From NCBI RefSeq assembly GCF_021869535.1, contig NW_026262581.1, positions 35,402,001 through 35,466,000 of the forward strand: 64,000 nt of DNA, in the 5' to 3' direction. The stretch comes from Mytilus californianus. Taxonomy: Eukaryota. Position numbers and translations under genes: made by a program. The stretch's first letter is position 1, and each line of letters starts with the position of its first letter. The notes beneath the pieces were generated by a model. It was not told the origin of the DNA, did no database searches, and worked only from the letters and a program-made list of their open reading frames with translations. Shown here piece after piece: positions 36,220 through 49,796 of this stretch.

Positions 36220-39200
36220 AAATTTGAAAACTTTCTTCTTATATGATTTGGCACCTTTTTTTTAAATTTATTTATTTCCTTATTTGTAATATGAATAACA
36301 GTGTGTTTAAGCAGTATCCACTAATCTTCTTTCTTTTGGTACCTCGTCTGTCTGTATCTCAGCAGATGAGAAAAACACAGCATTTCTAACATACAATGTA
36401 GCATTTTCAACCATCAAACTGTTGTGTTACTTTAACGCATTCGTATTATGTGGCCAAAATGCTTCCTTTATTCTTTTTGTCATTAAATGTTGCACCATTG
36501 TATGTCCTGTGTGTCTCTGATATTTGTGATAAAGATGGCAGCGGTTATGGTTACTGGAGCAGATCAGTAATGGTAATTGGGATTTTGTTATAGGTAGACC
36601 GTAAAACAACAAAGCTGTGTTCTTTAATGTAGCACAACAGTTTAAGGAAAGGAACTGTTTATGTTAAAAATGGTGTAGCTTTGTTAAGTTAAAGAAAATT
36701 TAATGTTAGTCACCACTGTCTTCTTTTTTTTCGGTTTCCATTCGTCAGATTTTCATTTTATAGGAATTTTAGTTCCTTTGTTGAATATATCTGCGAAGAT
36801 CCGTATATTGTATAATTCTCTTGTATGTAAGTAATTTTGCGGTTCATTTAACGATATCCATTCTTTTCATTTGATTTTTGCCTGCAGGTATTTCATACAA
36901 CTACAAATAGATTACTTTATGTAGTTGTATTTCTAAGGAATGTAACAGAAAATTTATTAGTTTTAATTTATAATTTATAAAGTTTATTAAAAGTTCATTA
37001 ACCTTTGCTTATGATACTAAATAAGAATAGCATTGATGTCTCAAGATGTCAGTGGTTGTCTTAAGTTGTATTTTAATATTTTGTCCCTTTGGGAATTTTG
37101 GTGTGAATTACAAATGTTTGATGGCCTCTGTTTCATTTTAATATCTCAAAAATATGTGTTCAAGAACTCTAACTTGACTTAGTGTTTCTCTCCATCGTTC
37201 ATAGGCCAGTAAAAAATGGAAATACATAACAGTGTTTGGTTCTATTAATAAGGTATAGTACATAAAATTTACTTTTATTAAACTTTGGACATACAATTGA
37301 ATACAAATAGCAATAATGTTGCAAGTACGTGCCATAATATTTAAAGAAACAAAAATATATTTTGAATATTAAGTATATTCGGATGTATTTCAGAGGATTT
37401 ATACTTAATTACTTACGAATAATTCAGAAAACTATTATTGAATATTGGACTATCAAAATTTTTGTTCTAAATTGAATTTGTTTTTTCAATTTTCAAACAA
37501 AAGCAGAAATATATTTTCTTTTTTAGCACTTTGAACTATCATAAGTCGTTCCTACAGTGTACGTTTCATTTCCGGTATATTGAATAATATATAAATTGAA
37601 AAATGCACCAGCAAGTATTATTATTTATATTAGGAAAATCAAGAATATCCCGAATCTTGAGTACAATATCTGGTGTAATAGAAAGAGCTGCTTTCACTGC
37701 ATTTTTTTAACTTTTTTTTTATTTAAGCGTCACTGCTGAGTCTTTTATAGACGAAACGCGCGTCTGTCGTACACAGTATTTATGTTGATTTTATTCACTG
37801 TATGAGGGTTTCCACGTTTGAATCCTCTCATTAACAATCAGAAATAAAAATTGCTTCAACTGAGAAATAAAATAAAAGAACGATCTAAAAGTGTAAAATA
37901 TGAGTACCAATTGTTCTTTATTTAATCCACACATTGATCATCTACAAAGAAATGTGCAGATTGTATTAGCAGATAATGTTCTTCTACAAGACATTTTGGA
38001 CTTAAATAACCCTGAACAACACTGTTTCATTTCGTTTTTTACCATTTTAAAACCAAAAACTGAAAAACCGATAAAATTTTAATAACAGATGCTAGCAATT
38101 TAACTGAAAAAGCATTAGGGAGACTCACACATGTGCAAAGAACATTCTTTTTACGAGAACTGTTCATGTTAAGCCGTATTATTGAACTTATGCCCTCCTT
38201 TTTAAGGGTCAGTTGAATCCTGCCATTTTTTTATGAAGCATTTGCAGAGATTCTACTGCATTTTGGGATTCAACATATCTACAAATAACGTAATACTAGA
38301 TTACTTCCCAGTGGTTTGATTAAGTAATTACTTAATCCCTTACCCTATCCCCTTTGGCTTGGTCAAGTGTATCATATTCCACTTTTTTCGAATGAAGTTG
38401 ATGATATATCTTGTTTAGGGTAAATGCAAAAAGCGTTTAGGCCTCATAATACTTATAGCGTTATTTTAAGTTATGACACTCGGATGAAGTCGCTGCTGTT
38501 TGGTTTTTGTCCCCGAGGTTGTTATGCATTACATCAATTTTCGTTGATAATATTAAAATTTAAAACAAAATAATAAAGAATCTAATGTTACCAATCCCTC
38601 AGGCAAGATAGAACAAATATGGTTCTGGCTATTTAATTAGGTCTTTATTGTCGCTCAGCTCTGCAGTGTTTATACATTACTTGTTTCTTTTTTCTTCTTC
38701 AGTTTTTGTTTCCAGTATACCCGATGAGGTTATTCCAGAAAAGCTCTTTAGAAGCCAAAAAAGTTATTATGTCAATTTATTTGAAAGACTCTGTACATTT
38801 ACTTTCAACTTTTCTAAGTTATTGTTGAAGTTAAATCTTGTTCTAATGCATATACTTTTGTCTACTGACTTCATATTAACGTGACTTTTGTAAAACAAAA
38901 TTGGTATTTTTTGTAGTTTGTTTGCTGTTTGATTAAAGAATATTTCTTGTGTCATAACAGCATATTTAGAAATGAAAAACATAACAAAAATTCATATAGA
39001 CAATTGTAAAATGAATTACTTTTTCATATATGGAGACATAGACACGAACACATTACAAGTTGCAATTTCTTTTATCGGGAAATATGTAAGAAGGATGATT
39101 ATTGAATAATTTTGTTTCAAAATTGAATTCAAGGAACCTTAGTCTTCTTTTCAATTATATAGAACACTTTTCAATATTTCTTTTCGGAATTTTTTTTCAA

Positions 39201-39358
39201 TAAAATTCTTCGACTGCGGTTTAAATAACCCTGCAAGAACGTTAATTTTCATAGATTTATTGATGTCTTAATATATTAATCTGATCACTTCAAAATTATA
39301 GATAAATACTGTATACCAACAAAACGTTTACATCACTGTGCAAAACGCATACATGGAT
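36220..39358 (+). repeat. Long inverted repeat, left arm (about 3.14 kb)
   Basis: Reverse complement of 40450-43591. The ORF track shows mirrored pairs (36427-/43199+, 37138-/42474+, 37900+/41726-, 38648+/40924-, 38767-/40826+). Confidence 0.95.
37727..37770 (+). ncRNA. Near-intact type I hammerhead core (A6C); mirrored at 42038-42081 (-)
   Basis: gcgtca-CTGCTGA-gtcttttatagac-GAAA-cgcgcg-TC-tgtcgt. Stem II, the palindromic stem III and the GUC triplet are intact. Confidence 0.7.
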
Positions 39359-40449
39359 GTGTGTCTTACTCTGATACTCAGCTAGAAATCAGATATGGGA
39401 ATAATTAGAAATTCATGAAACGCTAACGAGGTAAACTAAATAACGTGTGGATCAAACTTGACAGATAGACCTTTGAAACGCTATAGATCGTTATCTGGAC
39501 AGTTTAACATTCGTTCGTATAAATTTATTAAAAATTCTGCATACCAAGTATGCTATTATTGATGCTTATATGTTCAAAGCAACTGCTTTTGAAAGTTGAA
39601 AAAAGATGAAAATGATACTCTAAAAATTGTGTGCGTCCTCTGCGATTTCTGATCAACCCACATCAAGAACGTTAAAACCCAAACAAATGAATAATGTTTA
39701 AACACAAATTGCTTTTTAAAAAAAAAGTCAATACGTGAACCTAAGAACTTTTTTATGCTAATTATAATTTCAACTGAATTGTAAATGATATCTCAGTATT
39801 TTCATTACCATGTGTGTGGAGGATAATATTTTCTTTTTATTGTAAATCAGGACAATTATGGCATGTTGAGAGTGGTGTTAAATATAAAGAAGGGAGAAAA
39901 GGAATGTTTTTATTTCAATAGTTTATTCCTGGATGGTGTTAGCTTTCATTTTTACCAGTGTGAAAGGTCAAACTACTACCAATGGATGACACTTCTAGGG
40001 TGTTTATTGGTAGAGGGAATATTTCACCTAGAATCCTTCAGTAATTTTATATATTTTTCTTTTTAAAATACATATTTCAGAGCAATAACGATATTTTGTT
40101 TCATAAAATGTGGAAATTTTATTCCTACCAAAAAAGACAAAATCTACTTGCTTCCCATTTTATTTTGTGCCGTAAAAAACCATTTGGGTAAACTGTGGTG
40201 TTCAAACATTTCACAAAAATATAATCACAATCTCCGGTTCATACAAATATATCTGCATGCAGTCTATTAACCACAGTCACGTTGATTAATTTGTGAATTG
40301 TTATTATTAGATTCATTTAAGGCTACATTTTAAGCTTGACTGCTAAAATCAATAGTTACATTTATTTAATATTGCATGTTTAATATATTAGTTTGAAAGA
40401 TCATATCATAAAGGGAAAAAAGTATTGTTGTATTATAAGCATCGTGTGT
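39359..40449. repeat. Spacer of the inverted repeat; 39359-40175 is a third, truncated copy of block W
   Basis: gtgtgtcttactctgatactcagctag...ttttgtgccgtaaaa matches 31980-32790 and 33857-34668 in the same orientation. Confidence 0.9.
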
Positions 40450-43400
40450 ATCCATGTATGCGTTGTGCACAGTGATGTAAACGTTTTGTTGGTATACAGT
40501 ATTTATCTATAATTTTGAAGTGATCAGATTAATATATTAAGACATCTATAAATCTATGAAAATTAACGTTCTTCCAGGGTTATTTAAACCGCAGTCGAAG
40601 AATTTTATTGAAAAAAAATTCCGAAAAGAAATATTGAAAAGTGTTCTATATAATTGAAAAGGAGACTAAGCTTCCTTGAATTCAATTTTGAAACAAAATT
40701 ATTCAATAATCATCCTTCTTACATATTTCCCGATAAAAGAAATTGCGACTTGTAATGTGTTCGTGTCTTTGTCTCCATATATGAAAAAGTAATTCATTTT
40801 ACAATTGTCTATATGAATTTTTGTTATGTTTTTCATTTCTAAATATGCTGTTATGACACAAGAAATATTCTTTAATCAAACAGCAAACAAACTACAAAAA
40901 ATACCAATTTTGTTTTACAAAAGTCACGTTAATATGAAGTCAGTAGACAAAAGTATATGCATTAGAACAAGATTTAACTTCAACAATAACTTAGAAAAGT
41001 TGAAAGAAAATGTACAGAGTCTTTCAAATAAATTGACATAATAACTTTTTTGGCTTCTAAAGAGCTTTTCTGGAATAACCTCATCGGGTATACTAGAAAC
41101 AAAAACTGAAGAAGAAAAAAGAAACAAGTAATGTATAAACACTGCAGAGCTAAGCGACAATAAAGACCTAATTAAATAGCCAGAACCATATTTGTTCTAT
41201 TTTGCCTGAGGGATTGGTAACATTAGATTCTTTATTATTTTGTTTTAAATTTTAATATTATCAACGAAAATTGATGTAATGCATAACAACCTCGGGGACA
41301 AAAACCAAACAGCAGCGACTTCATCCGAGTGTCATAACTTAAAATAACGCTATAAGTATTATGAGGCCTAAACGCTTTTTGCATTTACCCTAAACAAGAT
41401 ATGTCATCAACTTCATTCGAAAAAAGTGGAATATGATACACTTGACCAAGCCAAAGGGGATAGGGTAAGGGATTAAGTAATTACTTAATCAAACCACTGG
41501 GAAGTAATCTAGTATTACGTTATTTGCAGATATGTTGAATCCCAAAATGCAGTAGAATCTCTGCAAATGCTTCATAAAAAAATGGCAGGATTCAACTGAC
41601 CCTTAAAAAGGAGGGCATAAGATCAATAATACGGCTTAACATGAACAGTTCTCGTAAAAATAATGTTCTTTGCACATGTGTGAGTCTCCCTAATGCTTTT
41701 TCAGTTAAATTGCTAGCATCTGTTATTAAAATTTTATCGGTTTTTCAGTTTTTGGTTTTAAAATGGTAATAAACGAAATGAAACAGTGTTGTTCAGGGTT
41801 ATTTAAGTCCAAAATGTCTTGTAGAAGAACATTATCTGCTAATACAATCTGCACATTTCTTTGTAGATGATCAATGTGTGGATTAAATAAAGAACAATTG
41901 GTACTCATATTTTACACTTTTAGATCGTTCTTTTATTTTATTTCTCAGTTGAAGCAATTTTTATTTCTGATTGTTAATGAGAGGATTCAAACGTGGAAAC
42001 CCTCATACAGTGAATAAAATCAACATAAATACTGTGTACGACAGACGCGCGTTTCGTCTATAGAAGACTCAGCAGTGACGCTTGAATAAAAAAAAAGTTA
42101 AAAAAAAATGCAGTGAAAGCAGCTCTTTCTATTACACCAGATATTGTACTCAAGATTCGGGATATTCTTGATTTTTCTAATATAAATAATAATACTTGCT
42201 GGTGCATTTTTCAATTTATATATTATTCAATATACCGGAAATGAAACGTACACTGTAGGAACGACTTATGATAGTTCAAAGTGCTAAAAAAGAAAATATA
42301 TTTCTGCTTTTGTTTGAAAATTGAAAAAAAAATTCAATTTAGAACAAAAATTTTGATAGTCCAATATTCAATAATAGTTTTCTGAATTATTCGTAAGTAA
42401 TTAAGTATAAATCCTCTGAAATACATCCGAATATACTTAATATTCAAAATATATTTTTGTTTCTTTAAATATTATGGCACGTACTTGCAACATTATTGCT
42501 ATTTGTATTCAATTGTATGTCCAAAGTTTAATAAAAGTAAATTTTATGTACTATACCTTATTAATAGAACCAAACACTGTTATGTATTTCCATTTTTTAC
42601 TGGCCTATGAACGATGGAGAGAAACACTAACAGTCAAGTTAGAGTTCTTGAACACATATTTTTGAGATATTAAAATGAAACAGAGGCCATCAAACATTTG
42701 TAATTCACACCAAAATTCCCAAAGGGACAAAATATTAAAATACAACTTAAGACAACCACTGACATCTTGAGACATCAATGCTATTCTTATTTAGTATCAT
42801 AAGCAAAGGTTAATGAACTTTTAATAAACTTTATAAATTATAAATTAAAACTAATAAATTTTCTGTTACATTCCTTACTAATACAACTACATAAAGTAAT
42901 CTATTTGTAGTTGTATGAAATACCTGCAGGCAAAAATCAAATGAAAAGAATGGATATCGCTAAATGAACCGCAAAATTACTTATATACAAGAGAATTATA
43001 CAATATACGGATCTTCGCAGATATATTCAACAAAGGAACTAAAATTCCTATAAAATGAAAATCTGACGAATGGAAACCGAAAAAAAAGAAGACAGTGGTG
43101 ACTAACATTAAATTTTCTTTAACTTAACAAAGCTACACCATTTTTAACATAAACAGTTCCTTTCCTTAAACTGTTGTGCTACATTAAAGAACACAGCTTT
43201 GTTGTTTTACGGTCTACCTATAACAAAATCCCAATTACCATTACTGATCTGCTCCAGTAACCATTACCGTTGCCATCTTTTTCACAAATATCAGAGACAC
43301 ACAGGACATACAATGGTGCAACATTTAATGACAAAAAGAATAAAGGAAGCATTTTGGCCACATAATACGAATGCGTTAAAGTAACACAACAGTTTGATGG

Positions 43401-43591
43401 TTGAAAATGCTACATTGTATGTTAGAAATGCTGTGTTTTTCTCATCTGCTGAGATACAGACAGACGAGGTACCAAAAGAAAGAAGATTAGTGGATACTGC
43501 TTAAACACACTGTTATTCATATTACAAATAAGGAAATAAATAAATTTAAAAAAAAGGTGCCAAATCATATAAGAAGAAAGTTTTCAAATTT
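40450..43591 (-). repeat. Long inverted repeat, right arm
   Basis: Reverse complement of 36220-39358 with scattered substitutions and small indels. Confidence 0.95.
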
Positions 43592-44799
43592 TTCATAACT
43601 CTTTGTTCGTCATTTTTGTAGTCAGCACTTTCAATTTGCAGCAATCACATAATTTTACTTTGCATAAATAAGCACAATATGAAAGGTCCAAATATGTGCC
43701 TCAGATTTCTAATATCATGTCTATTATAAATAATGACCCGTTCTATTTTCGTCCCAATTACCTTATAAAGAACAAATATTCAAAATCGATTTATTTCCTA
43801 AACTAGGCCTTTTATAAAAAAAAATCTGAGATAAGAATTTTGTAGCAGTGCTCATATGCATGCTCTCTATGATGAAATGAACATTAGCTTAGTCTCAATT
43901 AAGCCGACTACGCTAATATAAAAATGAGAATGGTGAATATGTTCCATTTCCTTCCCCTAAATGCTTATTTAGAAATATGTAGGTAATGATGGAATTACAA
44001 TTTAGATACAAACAACCCAATTTTCCTGAATTTGACTGTTGTAATACCTTAAGCCAAACTAGCTTCAAGATATACACAGTAACAATTTAAAAATACATCA
44101 ACAAAAATCACGAAACAAATGCAAGTTTGTTTTTTAGAGACTTTTGACCTGCTAGTAAGTATTTCGTTCGTGTAAATCATAATCAATAAAAAAAACTTTT
44201 TCTGCATTGTATCTAATTAAGTGACGTCTTTTGTTTGTGACGTACTTGGTTTTGTGATAGTGTAACAAAAGCCGTCTAGTACATGTATTACACTAATATG
44301 GGATATCTTATCAGAATGTACATAATACATTATTATCACACTGATACATGTATACAGCTAGGTAACACGATAAATTTATCTGTTATCAGCTTGAATAAAA
44401 TGTAAAAGTTTTATCATTGCAAGTCTTTAAAAATCGGTGACGTAATAGAAAAGGGTGTTTAATCTTTTATAAAGGGTAGGCTTTATGTTTTATGCTATAA
44501 TTACTTTAATTTTTTTTTTTCTTGTGTCATTTTGGTAATATACGAAATTTATTAGGTATAATTTTCATGTACTTTTCAATTCAGCTGCTTTGAATAAATT
44601 AAACCAGGGAGAATAGAAACATTTTTGTTTATATTTGTAAACTATCGTTTGTCTTTTTCGGATGGCGCAGTTACTTCTATGGTAAATCAACCATTGTAAC
44701 AATAGAATTAAATGGCAGCCAAACAGTGTCAATTTTACATTTTACGTACGTCGCATTAAACTAATACACCGAACAATGAAATGATTTTCTCCTGCTTTC

Positions 44800-45020
44800 A
44801 AAGAGAGGTGAAAGATACCAAAGGGACATTCAAACTCATAACTGAGTCGAAAATAAACTGACAACACCATGGCTGAAAAAGAAAACGACAAACAGACAAA
44901 CAATAGTACAAAAACACAACATAGAAAACTAAAGACTGAGCAACACGAACCCGACCAAAAACTTGTGGTGATCTCAGGTGCTCCGGAAGGGTAAGCAGAT
45001 CCTGCTCCATATGTGGTACC
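44800..45020 (-). mobile_element. Penelope-like 3' UTR fragment
   Basis: Matches the reverse complement of 15145-15356. Confidence 0.8.
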
Positions 45021-45767
45021 GGACTTCTATCCAAAAAAAAGATCCATGTTAAAGATGGACGTCTGATTAGCAAAGCCGAATGTACAATTACGCAGTCACG
45101 TCATGTCGGAATTGGGAATTACTATTCGATGCCTCATGCAGATAGGGTGTCAAGGTTCCGTGCACGCTAAAACCATGGTAACAACTCTTTGAGGGTCGGT
45201 ACGTGACCTGTTGCAAGTCAACTTGAATTTCTGCCCGTATCCAGCATACCCTTATTTTCCAATACCAGCCCAAATGTTTAATCGTTAATCCCGGTCGTGC
45301 CACTTTGAACAGCATACCTATTAGATTTATATTCAATTTGTCCTCGTCTTGAATATGCATGAAATATTAGACACTGGTCGTTTTGCCAACAACAATCAAT
45401 CAATCATGTAGATGAATATGATAGTTGTCATCAATATGACAGTTGTTTTTCAGTCGTTTCGTTGGTTGACATAGTCGAGCGTTTAAATTTGTCATGTTTT
45501 CCCCTTTTTGAATTTACGTGGACTTCGACATTTTTGTTAATGCATTTTTAATACACACACACATGAAATAGTAAAGTTGCAAAATTTCAATGTCTTCATT
45601 CTTTCAATTTGACACATCGGCTTTTTTTTCAGATTTTACTTTGAAAAAAAGGAATGAAAAAAGGATTTTTTGTCGTATTATTAAATACCATTATACACGC
45701 AACTGTGGCATGGAAACAATCATGTATGTATGCGAAAGAGTAATTTGTTTAAGTATGACATATATAA

Positions 45768-47740
45768 AACAAGAGGCTCTCAAGAGCCTGAATCGCTCAC
45801 CTGTAATTTTTTGCTTAAATCTTTCATCAATGATTATTTTTGCTTTTCAATATATATTAATGAGTGGCTTAAAAATACCATTTAAATGTTCTTTGTATCT
45901 GTCATATTTTCTTCAAAAGCAAAAAAATACATTTTACCCCTATGTTCCATTTTAGTCATAGTGGCTATGTTTTTGGATGTACAAGGAAATAAAATACAAA
46001 ATTTATACTAGAAACTCTGAAACTCATTCAGCCCAAGTTTGGCTGAAATTGATTCAGCAGTTTCAAAGGAGAAGATGTTTTAAAGTAAGCAAACTAGATG
46101 GAACAAATTGTGAAAAATTGTCTTTAACGGACAATAACTCCTTAAGGGGTCAATTGACAATTTTGGTCATATTGAACTTATTTCTAGATCTTACTTTGCT
46201 GAACATTTTTGCTGTTTACAGTTTATCTTTATCTATAATAATATTCAAGATAATAACCGAAAACTGCCAAATTTCCTTAAAATCATCAATTCAGGGTTAA
46301 TAACCTAAAAAACAGATACCCGATTTGGCTGATAATTTCAGGGCAGGTAGACCTTGACCTAATGAATACTTTATCTTCATGTCTGATTTGCTCTAAATGC
46401 TTTAGTTTTTGAGATATAAGCCAAAAACTGCATTTTACCCTATGTTCTATTTTTAGCCATGGCGGCCATGTTTTCTTAGGAAACAAAAAATAAAACACAA
46501 ACTTTATTCTAGATAACCTAAGAATAATTCAGCTTAAGTTTAGTTTAATTTTGTTCAGTAGTTTCAGAGGAGAAAATTTTTAAAAGTTAGAAAACATGAT
46601 AAACAAATAGTGTAAAATTGTCCTTAAAAGGCAATAACTTCTTATGGGGTCAATTGACAATTTTGGTCATCCAACTTATTTGTTGATCTTACTTTGCTGA
46701 ACATTTTTGCTGTTTACAGTTTATCTTTATCTATAATAATATTCAAGATAATAACCAAAAACTGCAAAATTTCCTTAAAATTACCAATTTAGTGGCAGCA
46801 ACCCAACAATGGGTTGTAAGAATCATCTGAAAATTTCAAGGCTGATGGAACTTGACCTAATGAACATTTTAACCCCATGTCTGATTTGCTCTAAATGCTC
46901 TAGTTTTTGTACAAGCCAAAAACTGCATTTTACCCCTATGTTCTATTTTTAGCATTGGCGGCCATGTTTTTTGACAAAACAAAAAAATAAAACATAAAGT
47001 TTATTTTCTATACCCTAAGGATCATTCAGCTAAGGTTTAGTTGGAATTGGTTCAGTAGTTTAAGAGAAGAAGATTTTTTAAAGTTAGAAAACATGATACA
47101 CAAATTGTGTAAAATTGTCCTTAAAGGGCAATATCTCCTCAAAGGGTCAATTGGCAATTTTGGTCATCCAACTAATTTGTAGATCTTACTTTGTTGAACA
47201 TTTTTGCTGTTTACAGTTTATCTTTATCTATAATAATATTCAAGATAATAACCAAAAACTGCAAAATTTCCTTAAAATTACCAATTTAGTGGCAGCAACC
47301 CAACAATGGGTTGTTAGATTCATCTGAAAAATTCAAGGCTGATAGAACTTGACCTAATGAACATTTATACTCCATTTCAGATTTGCTCGAAATGCTTTAG
47401 TTTTTGAGATATAAGCTCAAAACTGCATTTTACCCCTATGTTCTAATTTTAGCCATGGCGGTCATGTTTTTGACGAAACAGAAAATAAAACACAAACTAT
47501 ATTTTAGATACCCTAAGGATCATTCAGCTTAAGTTTGGTTGGAATTGGTTCAGTAGTTTCAGAGGAGAAGATGTTTGAAATAGTTTACACCGGACGAACG
47601 ACGACAGACTCCGTCGTCGTCTGTCGTCGTCCGTCGTCGTCCGTCCGGTGTAAACTATTTCAAACATCTTCTCCTCTGAAACTACTGAACCAATTCCACG
47701 ACGGACGCCAAGTGAGGGCAAAAGATCACATTTCCTTCGG
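45768..47740 (+). mobile_element. Helentron/pearl-like non-autonomous element with an internal about 500-bp tandem core (about 3.3 units)
   Basis: 5' aacaagaggctctcaagagcc hairpin. The core anchor cattttaccc(c)tatgttc recurs at about 45930, 46431, 46927 and 47427. It ends with a GAC microsatellite then ggacgccaagtga. Confidence 0.75.
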
Positions 47741-47900
47741 AAAGACACAAATATTTGGAAAATTGGTAATAAATTTTGGGTTTGCAATAAAAAATATGAA
47801 TTTCAACACGTTTTTTGTATTAAATCATATGTTAATGACTATACTTGGTCGTAGCTTGCGACGTTTAACGTTTTTATGAAGAATCACATATAATATATAG

Positions 47901-48552
47901 ATATAAGAAGATGTGGTATGAGTGCCAATGAGACAACTCTCCATCCAAGTCAAAATTTATAAAAGTAAACCATTATAGGTCAAAGTACGGTCTTCAACAC
48001 GGAGCCTAAGCTCACACAGAACAGCAAGCTATAAAGGGCACTAAAAATTACTAGTGTAAAACCATTCAAACGGGAAAACCAACGGTCTAATCTATATAAA
48101 AAACCGGAGAAACGAGAAACACTTATGAACCACATCAACAAACGACAACTACTGAACATCAGATTCCTGACTTAGGACAGGTGCAAACAAATGCATCGGG
48201 TTTAAACGTGTTAATGGTACCAAACCTTCACCCTTTTTCTGAAACAATAGTGTAACATCACAACATAGAAAGACACACTATAAAATATCAACTGAAATAG
48301 CTTAACTCAATCAAAGGACATATTAACAGCAGTGAACATACACTGAACAAATAAATTTAACCTATGATACAATACAAATACAAAATAAATAAACTAAGGG
48401 AAGAATAATAAAAGTAACATGTTATACCGCTATGAAATGTTAAACAATTTAAGAAAAACAATATGCTCGAACAAAAATATCACCCCTTTGCAATTACTTT
48501 AAACACAGGTAAATGAAAATAATTGTGTTGTTAGGTATACGTGTACAGTTCA
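47901..48552 (+). repeat. Repeat family R2 with 3' extension
   Basis: Matches 5951-6600. Confidence 0.85.
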
Positions 48553-48619
48553 AATAGAGAAAGGAAATATTTTTACAAAATAAATAATAAAACTATTTAT
48601 CACTTATTTTCCGTTGCAG

Positions 48620-48864
48620 TGACATTTTCAGATTGTTGGTCAATATATTATGTAAATAATGACCACTCATATGAAATCACATGGAATGGGGATGAAATAT
48701 ATTCGCCTTGTCAAGTTACCTTCCATGGATATGACTCTGATAACGTACTCAATGAATATAAAGTGTGTATTCGAGCGTCCAATTGGAATATTACCGATGA
48801 TGGTTCTGGAGTTGAATTGATGTATTACATGGGAGATGACGTTTTAAATGACTATCTTGAAAAA
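48620..48864 (+). CDS. Uncharacterised single-pass membrane protein, ectodomain exon (x-TFSDCWSIYYVNNDHSYEITWNG...PCQVTFHG...YKVCIRAS...DYLEK)
   Basis: ttccgttgcag acceptor and GTAAGT donor. 245 nt, phase 1 in, phase 0 out. The signal-peptide exon was not located. Confidence 0.85.
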
Positions 48865-49601
48865 GTAAGTAGAAAGGATAAAATGTTGTTATTCCTCCAC
48901 CTAGGGGCATTATGTTTTTCGGTCTGTGCCTCCGTTCGTACGTCCGTCCGTCCGTTCGTCCGTCTGTCCAGCTTCAGGTTAAAGTTATTGGTCGCTTTAG
49001 GTTAAGTTTTTGGTCAAGGTGGTTTTTGGTGAAGTTGAAGTCCAATCAACTTGAAACTTAGTACACATGTTCCCTATGATATGATCTTTCTAATTTTAAT
49101 GCCAAATTAGAGTTTTGACCCCAATTTCACGGTCCACTGAACAGAGAAAATGAAAGCGCGAGTGGGGCATCCGTGTACTATGAACACATTCTTGTTTTTT
49201 AATGGTTTGCATAATAGAAACCGGAGTGAAAACTATTGCATTACATTATGCCATATCCATTCATTAGGACCCCCTAGTAGCCGCTATTCCATCGGTGATG
49301 CTGCAAGACATTATATTTATGGCTGACCCGCTTTTTTATCTAAAAGACACTTGAAAATGATTATTATAGAAGTAAATATCGCATGGACTGTATTTTTTTA
49401 AAGAGCGTTTATGCAACATGATACAAAGTCTACAGTTACTGTATATCTAGGCGAATTGTCAAGAACAGAATCAATATCCAAATAACAAAAGACAACCACT
49501 GACGAGGTTCCTGACTTGGGACTGAGATATGACTTCGCTCTTTTTACACTTCTCTTGCAGAGATTATAAGCCTTAGATTGATTTGTTTTGTATTTTTTTA
49601 G

Positions 49602-49749
49602 ACATACAGTAAACAAAGCATGTCTTCTGCAACAGAACAATGGTGTTCGGAGGGTAATAAGTATGTTGATGTAAAACTAAAGACGACCTCTTCAATTTAC
49701 ACACAGGGAAAAATTAAACTACAAGTCAGTGCACATATGACATACAACT
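49602..49749 (+). CDS. Membrane protein, second ectodomain exon (TYSKQSMSSATEQWCSEGNKYVDVKLKTTSSIYTQGKIKLQVSAHMTYN); absent from the ORF track
   Basis: tatttttttag acceptor and T|GTAAGT donor. 148 nt, phase 0 to 1, which bridges the flanking exons exactly. Confidence 0.82.
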
Positions 49750-49796
49750 GTAAGTTTTAGAGGAAGAGTAGAGAATAACATATTTACTTAACTTTA

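Noticed and set aside
36427-43384. Mirrored ORF pairs in the inverted arms as transposon or host genes
   Set aside because: They are short, low-complexity and motif-free, with no supporting splice pattern. The mirroring is simply the inversion.
44662-44681. ATGGCGCAGTTACTTCTATG|gtaaat as exon 1 of the membrane-protein gene
   Set aside because: The start and donor are plausible, but it ends in phase 2 while exon 48620 needs phase 1, and I found no bridging exon. Left unassigned.
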